Positions 13,565-24,514 of a DNA stretch of 64,000 nt are shown here, piece after piece. This DNA comes from Phoronis australis. Taxonomy: Eukaryota > Animalia > Phoronida. Where the stretch lies: assembly GCA_002633005.1 (NCBI GenBank), contig NMRA01000020.1, positions 621,522 through 685,521 of the forward strand. The letters are read 5' to 3'. Position numbers and translations under genes: made by a program. The notes beneath the pieces are model-generated. The model was not told the DNA's origin, made no database searches, and worked only from the letters and a program-made list of their open reading frames with translations. The first letter of the stretch is position 1. Each line of letters begins with the position of its first letter.

Positions 13565-13979
13565 GTAAGTGGTTTAATGACCTATGGTCAGGGGCTGACA
13601 TGACCACAAAGTCATAAGAATAGACAGGCAGTCTATTGGTTTTAGTTTATAGTTCTGAGCATTTGCTAATAAGTTCTGTTCTCACCGGAATAATGGCATT
13701 AACTGATAGCATAGTTCTAGGTTTGGAAAAGCTTAAATTCTTAACATATTATAATGAATGGTAGACAGTAAATGTTTTAGATAGTTGGATACAGAATTGA
13801 GAACTTGATTCTGTGAGTATATGAAATCTTGTCAATATTTCTCAGACCCATAATGGTACATGTTCAAGTAGCGTCTGTTGTTGCATAATGTGAAGTCTTT
13901 ATGTGCATTTGCCGTACGTTGTAAAGTCCGGATACACATTTGCCGTATTGTAAAATTATTTTGTACATTTGTTGTGTAG

Positions 13980-14082
13980 GTGCTGAGGCTACAAAGGGCA
14001 ACGTGATCACATTCCTAGATGCCCACTGTGAATGCACAGAGGGCTGGTTAGAACCACTACTCTATGAAATCTACAAGGACAG
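13980..14082 (+). CDS. GALNT1: GalNAc-T exon E5 with DxH metal-binding motif ([19 protein letters not shown])
   Basis: gtgtag acceptor, AG|GTAAAT donor; [15 protein letters not shown] signature; phase 1->2. Confidence 0.97.
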
Positions 14083-14234
14083 GTAAATTATCTGTTGGCT
14101 GGTGAAATGTCTTCTCATCATTATGTTTAAATTTGTTGTTGTACCAACTGATTAGAATGTGATCAAAGATCAGAAACTCAAATGTGTGAATCGATAATCA
14201 TCAAATCAGTGCTCATTCTGTAATATGTTTTCAG

Positions 14235-14405
14235 GACAAATGTGGTTTGTCCAATCATCGATGTGATCAGCGATGAGACATTTGAATACATCGCAGGGTC
14301 AGACATGACGTGGGGAGGCTTCAACTGGAAGCTCAACTTCAGGTGGTACCCTGTTCCACAGCGGGAACTGACCCGCAGAAACAATGACCGCAGTCTGCCT
14401 CTCAG
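14235..14405 (+). CDS. GALNT1: GalNAc-T exon E6 ([16 protein letters not shown]...[13 protein letters not shown])
   Basis: ttttcag acceptor, AG|GTGTGT donor; conserved GALNT1-type sequence; phase 2->2. Confidence 0.97.
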
Positions 14406-14888
14406 GTGTGTATACGTGCCTCTCAGGTGTGTTTATGTGTGTTTTAGTGTATTTTGTGATGTCGTGTGCACTTTGGATTTGTTGTTTTCAAAAAAATGAC
14501 AAAATTGTAGTGAAATTATTTTGTTTTGTCTAGCCAGTGCAAACATTCTGAAGAATTGGATTTGGGCTTGAATTTGTTTTTGCGTCATTAAGGACATATT
14601 TCAAACAGGTTCGGGGATGGGCCGCGCAAAAAGAACATTCTTTAGTTTACTCTCAACTGTTAAGCTACTGGAAGCTTTTTAATAACATTTTGGTCATGTC
14701 AGAAATTTACTCCCTGGGTATAATCCTCTGGCACTGCCTTCACCTCACTACCAGATGGTAGTTCTCAGTGGCATGTCTTAAAATTTTTATTGGCCAACGC
14801 AGAAATTATTTAACTGTATTATTCTGCTGTAACAGTGAAGAAGTCTGTGTTTGATGTTTCTGTTAGCATCATTTGTTTTTTGTTGTAG

Positions 14889-15006
14889 GTCACCAACCAT
14901 GGCTGGTGGTCTTTTTGCCATAGACAGGAGTTACTTCTATGAGATCGGATCCTATGACCCAGGCATGGATATTTGGGGTGGCGAGAACTTAGAAATGTCC
15001 TTCAGG
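14889..15006 (+). CDS. GALNT1: GalNAc-T exon E7, Gal/GalNAc-T motif (PTMAGGLF...[14 protein letters not shown])
   Basis: ttgtag acceptor, AGG|GTGCGT donor; WGGENLE motif; phase 2->0. Confidence 0.97.
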
Positions 15007-15425
15007 GTGCGTCATCTTTTGTAGTAAAGTTTTAGCCCCACGCATGTGTGGTTTTCTAGGCAGAAACATGCCACTTATCATAATGGAAGTAACTGTATTA
15101 TGCTGCTGATATAGTTTTCATCCAAATGTTTCGTGCAAGGCAGAATTGGACACTTTATGTTAAGTAATTTGTTGAAATCGGTTTGCTACATGGAATTAAA
15201 GTTTGAACGTTCACGTGCCGGTTTCAAATCAACGTTCTGTTAGGCTCAAGCTCTAAATGCCTAAGGATTGTAGTCTTGGTGTCTTGGTGTTTTTCACTGC
15301 GTAATAATTTTTGCTGTCTTGGTTTGGCTTTATGCTGTTACTACAGACACTAAATGTGATTTTTACGAAATCTCGCATCTAAACTGACTGAAGTTTGGAT
15401 AGAATGAAAAAATTTGGACTTTCAT

Positions 15426-16856
15426 TTTTATGCGCCCACATATTATATGTGGACGCATTATGCCGTCATCTCTGTCCGTCCGTCCGGGCGGCGTCCGGCA
15501 TCCGCTGCTCTATCTCCAAAACCCTTTGACATACGTTCATGAAATTTGTTCCATTCATGAATGGGACGGCATGTGCGAACTTTCGGACGGATGCGACTAC
15601 CGGTGTGCCCCCTAGTGGAATTTGGTATGTAGGCACGTATTAGTGAGATGATGCTATCCTGCCGTTTTCAGATGGATTCGACATAGTTTGCGTCACCTAG
15701 TGGCCATTTTTAGTGTTTTCGAGTCTGTTTTTGTGCGTCCACCCCTCTATCAACCAAACCGCTCAAAGGATGATTGTGAAAATTGGCATGTATATGCTTA
15801 CTATGTAGAGGACGGTTGACGATGATTTTCCGACGATTTCGACTACTGTNNNNNNNNNNNNNNNNNNNNNNNNNNNNNNNNNNNNNNNNNNNNNNNNNNN
15901 NNNNNNNNNNNNNNNNNNNNNNNNNNNNNNNNNNNNNNNNNNNNNNNNNNNNNNNNNNNNNNNNNNNNNNNNNNNNNNNNNNNNNNNNNNNNNNNNNNNN
16001 NNNNNNNNNNNNNNNNNNNNNNNNNNNNNNNNNNNNNNNNNNNNNNNNNNNNNNNNNNNNNNNNNNNNNNNNNNNNNNNNNNNNNNNNNNNNNNNNNNNN
16101 NNNNNNNNNNNNNNNNNNNNNNNNNNNNNNNNNNNNNNNNNNNNNNNNNNNNNNNNNNNNNNNNNNNNNNNNNNNNNNNNNNNNNNNNNNNNNNNNNNNN
16201 NNNNNNNNNNNNNNNNNNNNNNNNNNNNNNNNNNNNNNNNNNNNNNNNNNNNNNNNNNNNNNNNNNNNNNNNNNNNNNNNNNNNNNNNNNNNNNNNNNNN
16301 NNNNNNNNNNNNNNNNNNNNNNNNNNNNNNNNNNNNNNNNNNNNNNNNNNNNNNNNNNNNNNNNNNNNNNNNNNNNNNNNNNNNNNNNNNNNNNNNNNNN
16401 NNNNNNNNNNNNNNNNNNNNNNNNNNNNNNNNNNNNNNNNNNNNNNNNNNNNNNNNNNNNNNNNNNNNNNNNNNNNNNNNNNNNNNNNNNNNNNNNNNNN
16501 NNNNNNNNNNNNNNNNNNNNNNNNNNNNNNNNNNNNNNNNNNNNNNNNNNNNNNNNNNNNNNNNNNNNNNNNNNNNNNNNNNNNNNNNNNNNNNNNNNNN
16601 NNNNNNNNNNNNNNNNNNNNNNNNNNNNNNNNNNNNNNNNNNNNNNNNNNNNNNNNNNNNNNNNNNNNNNNNNNNNNNNNNNNNNNNNNNNNNNNNNNNN
16701 NNNNNNNNNNNNNNNNNNNNNNNNNNNNNNNNNNNNNNNNNNNNNNNNNNNNNNNNNNNNNNNNNNNNNNNNNNNNNNNNNNNNNNNNNNNNNNNNNNNN
16801 NNNNNNNNNNNNGGTGCAATTGTGGGCGCATTTCAACGCTCTGCATTGCTCTTGTT
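15426..16856 (+). mobile_element. Helentron-associated/DINE-like element spanning the assembly gap
   Basis: Subterminal inverted repeats ATGCGCCCACA (15430-15440) and TGTGGGCGCAT (16821-16831), GTCC microsatellite near the 5' end, 3' mini-hairpin, T-rich insertion site. Confidence 0.75.
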
Positions 16857-16952
16857 ACGTTTAAGTTTATTTATTCTTTCCTTTGATTTGGACGTCTATT
16901 GTTTCTCTCCTGTTGTTCTATTGTCTGTCATCTCTGGATGTCTCCAAACCAG

Positions 16953-17133
16953 ATCTGGATGTGTGGTGGCCAGGTGCTTATTGTCACGTGCTCCCATGTA
17001 GGACACGTGTTCCGCAAGGCGACGCCGTACACTTTCCCCGGCGGCACAGGGCGCATCATCAACCACAACAATGCCAGGCTATCGGAAGTCTGGCTGGATC
17101 AGTGGAAACATTTCTATTACAAAATCAATCCAG
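16953..17133 (+). CDS. GALNT1: GalNAc-T alternative exon E8a (IWMCGG...[20 protein letters not shown]...FYYKINP)
   Basis: ccag acceptor, CAG|GTTAGA donor, 181 nt, phase 0->1; closest to the GALNT1/13 loop sequence [13 protein letters not shown]. Confidence 0.95.
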
Positions 17134-17572
17134 GTTAGATAATGCGATAAAGCATCGCATGCGAATGGTCATGTTTTAGACTTGCCTGCATGGCTATACT
17201 TGACTTGTATCTTCAACCGCCTGACTGTTCTCTGACCTCAGGTAGTGCGGTGTTCACCTAAGACTTGGGGTTGAGGTTACAATGTTATTTGCCGTTGCAT
17301 GGTAGTTGTGTCTCCGAGGGCAGTACCTATTGTGGTGTTCATTTCCAGGAGTTAAATGTAATCAAAATAAACAGTTCGTATTTCATATTCATTTGAAGTA
17401 AGACTTCACGTGAAGTATTTTGCAAAGCGTACAGTGTCATTTGGATTTCATTACTTCCTCGATGCACCACACGTAATGTCCTCAGGAAACATAGTGCATT
17501 ATTTTGCCTCATTGTGCGGCTGTTCTAAACACGCATTTCTCTCCATCATTCATTCATTTCTGCACACAACAG

Positions 17573-17753
17573 GTGTGGATGTGCGGGGGCTCTGTCTTGA
17601 TCGCCACGTGCTCCCGCGTCGGACACGTCTTCCGAAAGGTCAGCCCATACTCGTGGCCAGGTGGCGTTAGTCGCATCCTCAACCACAACACCCAACGCAC
17701 GGCCGAGGTCTGGATGGACAAATACAAGAACTTCTATTACAAAATCAGCCCAG
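17573..17753 (+). CDS. GALNT1: GalNAc-T alternative exon E8b (VWMCGG...[20 protein letters not shown]...FYYKISP)
   Basis: acag acceptor, CAG|GTTCGA donor; same length (181 nt) and phase as E8a; 40/60 aa identical; no stops. Confidence 0.92.
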
Positions 17754-20451
17754 GTTCGACCTTTCACTCTTGACCTCTGCCTCTGAGGTCAGACCTTTGA
17801 CTCAAAGTGTCCTCTCTGGTTAAAGTTGCTGTGTCATTTCAGTGGGCAACACCACATTCACTTGCTGTTGCTTAATAAGAAAAACCTTCTTTTTAAACGT
17901 ATCAAAATAACCTGTTAATAAAAAACTTCATGAGATTCGATTGTGAGTTGTTTCACTAGCCTCACCCAGTGTATATAATGACTGACTATCTCACTGATGC
18001 AGTGGGTCTGATCATGTCGATTAATACTGACTGCATGTATAACATCACCATGACTGTAATTAATGGAAGTCATGCCATCTATTTCTTAAATGCCTGAGGA
18101 ACCTTCTATTAATATGATGATCATAATGACCATTAGTTAAGAAATGTCCACTGGATGACATGACAACTTCATGCTTGAATGTGTTTTGCTGTCGCCGTCT
18201 GCTTTCAGCTACTAACTTTCATCGTTTCTTCTAATGTTTGCGTTTGTTCTGTTTTCTAGGTCTGTGCGGCTTATTAACATTTATTAACCAATTGTTGTTG
18301 TGTCTGTCTATGAGTTGGCTGCTCACCAATTTGTCAGCATGCATCATATAGTTAGCTGATCACATGCTACTTGGCATGCTTGTGCTTCAGCTTGAGTTCA
18401 AGGGTTACTCGTGCAGCTGATCTCTGTGTGTTTGCATAATATGTGTGTGCATGTGTGTGGTAGAATGTGTGTCTGGTTGTTGAAAATTGTTTCACTGTCT
18501 TAACACTGTCACTGAACAGCACCAGCCGTGCGCAGTAGAGGGGAATGAGAACGCAGTGTTAGATTTCTTTTGGCTGTGTTTAATTGTTAGTCACCACAGT
18601 CATGTTCTGCCTTTATTTTGCATCGTTTTATCCAAAATCTTGTTAACTTTGAAATCATTCTTTACATAGTTTTCTTAATATGAAGTCTTAATATTAAGTG
18701 CCTTTCCTTTAAGAGCCAATCAACACCCGTCCATCAATCGATGACATTTCCATGGAAACAAAGCCACCACTGTCTAGACTTTACATTGTTCATCTTTGCC
18801 TGTACCATTAATTGAGTTAAGATGGTTGCATTCTGTAACCAATCAAATTAATTGCATTTTGTTTGGTGCATTGTCAGTTGACTTTCAAGGTTATTACTTG
18901 TTAACCCTTTGAAGCAAACGTTGCTGTAATCCAAATACAACAAACAGCATCATGTCTATGAAAGCTTAATATGCTATTTTGCACCACTGGTACATAATGG
19001 ATATCAGTGTCATGAGAGACAAGCTTCGTGCTTGCCTGTGTTAACCATCCACTGTTTTTGTGCTAAAATCTTGTTTAGTTTTTCTCCTTTTGTTTTGACT
19101 TTTAATTTGCTTGCATTGATGGTTAGTAAACACTGGAGAACTAGACTAAGTATCGATTATTTGTGGTCCTCAGTGAAATACTATGGTCACTTGGGATCTA
19201 TTAGTGTTTTCACTGTTACGGCTGGTGGGGTTTTTGTTATCCAGTTGAGTTTCAGATTCGCACTGTTTGTTGTGTGTGTAATGTAGTTTGCGTTCACTTG
19301 TTTGGTGTTGTTTACTGGCTGTTCTGAGTATTTGTTTTTAGTCTGGACTGCTGTGGCTGTGATGGTAGTTAGATGTTAATCTTTTTGAATTGTGATTGTC
19401 GCTTAAATAACTGGTCTCAAAATTCTGCAGGCCAGGATACTAAGTGATTTCTAAAATTAAAAAGAAATGGAAGGTCACTAATGATTGATAGAATGCAGTA
19501 CAGTTATGGGGGGGGGGTCTGCCCTGTCAAAATGCCCTGGGTTGTTGTTGATAATCTCTGAATGATGTGTTTTGGGATTGACATATAACTATGGCTGAAG
19601 TCTAGTGTCGTGTTATATCATGGTACGGAAAGTTTAAGGTGCGTTTTGTGTGGTTAACAAATCAGGTGTTTGTTTTAGACAGTGACTTCGAGGATAGGTC
19701 CCTGTAACGCCTGCTAATGCTGAGTGATTGGTGTTTATAAACTCTCGTGGAGGCTATTTTATTTTTGTTTAAAACGAATCACCTACAGTGTAATAAGGGT
19801 GTTTTCACTTAGTCAAAATGTCACCAGTCCCACATAATCAGTCTCCATTGCTTCTTGAGAGTCTCTCATTGGCTGACCAGTGAGGTGTGTTTTCTGGAAA
19901 GCTCAATTTAAGTTAAATCGGACTTTCGGGTGCGTGTCCTAACTATTCTGTTTGTAATCACATAAGGCTGTGTTTCGATTCTGTTTCATATATTATTTTT
20001 CAAAACTGATATCAAGATTTTCAGGGTTTTCCCTCTCCTTTGTGGCACTAGGACATGTAAGTCGACCAAATTGGGATAGCAGAGGCACATTTCATGTCAG
20101 ATCTTGCATTCAATTTTTAAAATGAGCCAAACATAATCTTATATAACCTCACCCCAGATGTGTTCTTACATGGCCTTGCACCATACATGGTCTTACAATT
20201 CCACTGGGTTTGATGAGCTATCTTCCCTCAGATCACCGTTTTGTATTTTTTAAATCTAAAAGCTGAAATGACAATCCTAAGTACGTTGATGATTTCGCAT
20301 TTTATAAAATTTCTCAAAATAACTTTTGCTGCATTACATTGAATGGTTTTGTGAAATATAATCCAGAACAGGGTCGCATTGATTTTAGTAGTCTGTTAGA
20401 AAGTTTCGACTATCCTAGCGCTTAGTATGATTTATCCCGTGTTATCGCCAG

Positions 20452-20591
20452 GCGTACGGCAGACAGATTATGGGGATGTGTCCGAGCGCAAAGCTCTGAG
20501 AGAAAAGCTCAAATGCAAGAGTTTCCATTGGTACTTGGAGAACATCTACCCCGAGTCACAGATGCCTCTGGATTACTACTCTTTGGGAACA
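20452..20591 (+). CDS. GALNT1: GalNAc-T exon E9 ([30 protein letters not shown])
   Basis: gccag acceptor, A|GTGAGT donor; conserved end of catalytic domain and linker; phase 1->0. Confidence 0.97.
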
Positions 20592-20741
20592 GTGAGTGAA
20601 ATTATCGTCTGCGATGAATTAGTCATGCTCTAGTCCTGAATTAAATGGTGTTCATGAAACTGCGCGTAAGTGGAGTTGACATTACTATCTACAGACTGTC
20701 TGCATTGAAGCTTGGATGCCTTTTTGAAGTTCTCTGAGGAA

Positions 20742-20799
20742 TGTGTGTGTGTGTGCGTGCATGCGTGTGTTTGTGTGTGTGTGCGTGCATGCGTGTGTG
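20742..20799. repeat. Imperfect (TG)n microsatellite
   Basis: Directly visible. Confidence 0.9.
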
Positions 20800-21546
20800 A
20801 ACCAGACATGAAGTCAGTTTTATGAAGAGTGACCAAAGTCTTTAGACAGAACTTTGGTCTTATACTCCCTATTCACAATTGCTGAATAAGGATAATTATG
20901 AGAGCATCACGGTTTACAAATAATACATTCAGCAACTAGCAGTTTTCAATTGTGTAACTACATTCTTGGAGATTTTGCGTTTTTTTTGCGCAAATGACGT
21001 TTAATAGTTTTTCAGAAATAGTTCTGCGTAGCACAAAATCAAATTTCGGACTTAAGTCTCATCTAATTCTTCATGAGACAGACCCCTGTTATAGTTTGGA
21101 CTCTGTAGTTAAATTTGTATTACACGTTTCCATAACGTTTTTGCCTTGAGAATGACCTGAGTTGTGTCTTTAACGCACATGTGAGATTCCTCTGATTGAC
21201 CATAGGAAACCCATTTTCAATTGGCTCATGCTTTCATATAAACTGACAAAATGTGCTTGTTCGTAAGGGGTTTGTTGATGTTATGTTCAGCAGCTGTGTT
21301 GACTCAAAATCACTTGTCATGTAGAACTATTTACAGTCCTCTGTTACACAGTGAGCATATGTTTGAAGCAGATGGATCTTGTGGGACCCTGATCACATGT
21401 AGAAAATTTAAAATTTGAAATCTTGCAACTTGTTGACAGTTCAGTATCACTGCATCATTGCTAGTCCATTGAGTATGTATTCAGCTGCTGATGTAGCATT
21501 TTAGCTTTGTTGGTGTATACCGTAACCCCTGTGTGATGACTTTCAG

Positions 21547-21645
21547 ATAAAGAACAAACAAACTGGAAAGTGCCTTGACAGTATGGGTCGAAAGAGTGGG
21601 GAGAAACTGGGAATGGTCAACTGCCACGGAATGGGGGGGAACCAG
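21547..21645 (+). CDS. GALNT1: GalNAc-T exon E10, ricin-B lectin alpha repeat ([25 protein letters not shown])
   Basis: ttttcag acceptor, CAG|GTATTG donor; CLD...CHGxGGNQ motif; 99 nt, phase 0-0. Confidence 0.96.
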
Positions 21646-22307
21646 GTATTGGGATTGTCAGTCGTGTCTGCAGACAAACTTGGAAATTATTATAATCAGT
21701 ATTCAGACTGTCCGATTGTCAGGCTCACTTGGCAGATAGATTTTAGAGAACAATTAAATTTCGAAAATTGCCAAATGTGAAATTTACATGGAATTTACTA
21801 TGACAATATAGAATGGAAAGGATTTTGTATAAAGGTCCTGTGTGATTAACTTTGTTAAGTCTTCGCCTATTTAGTGCTTGCTGTGACTGACTAGTCTGAT
21901 TTTAGTTTGATAAATTTCTCCACAAAAATGTAATGGTTTGAAATGCACAGCTCTCATTATACAGAACCCAGTGAAAGTTTGCTCGTTGCAAGGTTATCGG
22001 CCATTGAAATGATATTTTAACAATTGCCTTGTGTGAAATAGGCGACGAATTGCCATTAAAGTTTTTAGTGATTATTTGAAGATAAAGAAGGCAATAATGT
22101 TTAATCCCATGTCATCCCCTGTCTCATTTACTCTTGAATGTATTGAGACCATAGTTTTGTGTGTTTTACTGTCTATTAACTTAAGTGTAAATAATGCATT
22201 TCAAGCCACGGCTAGTTGACTTGCTTGATCAGTGCTGAGAGCTGTGCTAGAATTGCTGTCATGTTGAGTCGTTCATTGTTTTTTGTACGTTTTTCTCCTG
22301 CTGCCAG

Positions 22308-22442
22308 ATTTTCTCGTACTCAAAGAAGAAGGCATTTCAGACAGATGACGTCTGCATTGATGTGTCGGCCGTCAACGGTCCCGTCAATCTGTTTCAGTGT
22401 CACGGGCTGGGGGGAAACCAGCATTGGGAATACAACCGGCAG
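22308..22442 (+). CDS. GALNT1: GalNAc-T alternative exon E11a, lectin beta repeat (IFSYSKKKAFQTDDVCIDVSAVNGPVNLFQCHGLGGNQHWEYNRQ)
   Basis: ctgccag acceptor, CAG|GTTTGT donor; 135 nt, phase 0-0; CxD..CH...NQxW motif. Confidence 0.94.
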
Positions 22443-23017
22443 GTTTGTCATGACGCATCACCTTGCATGGTTGATGTCGACGTGTGAAGGATGTAGGGAA
22501 TCATGGACAGTCTTGATGGCAGGAGGGCTGTTTCACACATTATCTGACTGTCCTTGTGTGATTTTGAAAATTGTCTTGGAGTTTTGCTTTCCCAGCATGA
22601 CTTCTGAGATCTTAAAAATGGTCTGTTGTATGAACCATTGAATTTTGTTTAAAGTTGCCAAATCCTTACTTTTTTAACCAATTTTGATTTTACGAATTGT
22701 CACAATTTTTGTTCTGTAAACATGCCTGTTACCAACAGCTAATAAATATCCATTGTATTAGTGCCACATGGACTATATTTCTCAGAATGCAAGGAACACA
22801 AACAGATACAGTATGAAACTGGGCCCCTGAACTGTTTATCATTGCACACAATATGCAAATATTCTCCCAGGTGTTTGTGTTTGTGTGTAACGGTTTTGAG
22901 ACTCCACCCTTCCCTCATCTCTCCTGTCCATGATTCGTCGCCATCGTTCACGCCCGGCCCCGTCATCTGTATCACTAACACGGCTCGTCGTTTCACCTTC
23001 GTATTTTTGCTCTTCAG

Positions 23018-23143
23018 ATTTTTTCTTATGTGGCCACCAAACAAATACAGGCCGACGACCTGTGCATAGGTGCACAGTACTACACCGCCATACTAATGTC
23101 TTGTCACACGGTGTCCGGCGGACAATGGCTTTATGATCGACAG
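23018..23143 (+). CDS. GALNT1: GalNAc-T alternative exon E11b, divergent lectin beta repeat (IFSYVATKQIQADDLCIGAQYYTAILMSCHTVSGGQWLYDRQ)
   Basis: Branch point CACTAAC at 22973-22979, tcttcag acceptor, CAG|GTAGTG donor; 126 nt, phase 0-0; shares IFSY, QxDDxCI, CH and WxYxRQ with E11a. Confidence 0.88.
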
Positions 23144-24514
23144 GTAGTGTTGACGCATCTCCTGGGAAGGGTTTGGGTATCTGGTCTGGAAAACGTTTTA
23201 ATGTCTGCCAGTTGCGCTGTTCACGCTTTTTCAATTTTTATGAATTTCGTGTTGAGTTTTGTTCGAAAGCTTTGAATTTTTTTCTCTGTTGAAGAACAAT
23301 GATACAGTTATTGGGAGCATGTTAATAAAGCATTTTGTTATTATTTAATAAACGATGGTCTACTGTGGCAGTCAAATAAGTAGATGTTTTAATTTTTTGA
23401 TACTTTAAAAAGGAATGACTTTATCCTAATGATATTTATTGCATAATTCTCCGTAGCACCGGAAAATTCAGGGATTTCATTTATGGCGCTGCTTCTGTAT
23501 TTCAAATGCATTGTGTGAGGGTTGTCAGTTTGTACTTACTAGGTGATATCACAGATTACTTGTTGATGTGTACACAATGTGAAGGAAAACTTGCGCACAC
23601 GAGAATTATAAGCAAACTCCACTACAACATGTCTTTGGGTGCAAGTGTAACAAAATAGCCATCATAGAAGAAATAAACAGTGAAAGTGAGCCTCTAAAGG
23701 CATCAATATTTGATTAGCAATTTTTGGCGGAAGATTTTCGAGTCATGCCCCATCCAGTCGTTTGGTGTCGGATCTCACCACCTGAAATGCAAATCATGAA
23801 ACAAGTTATACACCCACAAGTTATCTATGTTGTCACTAGATGTTTATGAACTGACAAGTGTCCCACAATGCATTTGGGTAACAACAGCACCGCCACAGGT
23901 GAGATTGCCTGAATTGAGTTGTTTGACCAGGTCTCAAATTGTTGTTTGCTTCTTATTTGTCAAATAGTCGGTGTGGAGTGCTTGGTGCCCTGCTTCTTTA
24001 GTTTCTTCTGAATCGTCAAAACATGATTCATGTTAGCCGAAATCCATTTTTTATCAAGTAATACGGTTGATGAAAGGTTTGTTCAGGTCATGTAGGACTG
24101 TGGCTGATCTAAATGAAACTTTTAGACACTTCCCTTATGCGCTACTCTCCTAAATGCTGTTAGGGATTGGTGTTGAAATTGTCCACCTTTGCATGAGGGC
24201 TTTCAAAAACAAGAATGTCTAATAAAATTTGATCATGCTATTAATACTTTCAAAGTATCATGTTTTTGCTAAAAACTTGGTCATGTGACCTAATGAATGA
24301 CAGATTTGTAAAAAGTCAAAAATCAAATTCTACAGGCTTACTATGTTGGAAAGATAAACTTAGAATCTATAGGTTTGTAGATATTTGGCTAAGTATACTA
24401 AATATAAAAATAATAATTGCAGGTGGTCTGGTATACGTTGTACCAGACACCTCAGGTTGGCCCATTGCACTGATCACCTGGAACCATTTTTATGCTTTGT
24501 TAATATATAATAGT

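Noticed and set aside
15850-16812. A third E8 variant hidden in the assembly gap
   Set aside because: Both gap flanks are the matching ends of one HINE-like element, so the gap is probably its repetitive interior. Not strictly excluded.
16953-17753. E8a/E8b as a haplotype or assembly duplication
   Set aside because: A third of the residues and many synonymous sites differ, and the flanking introns are unrelated.
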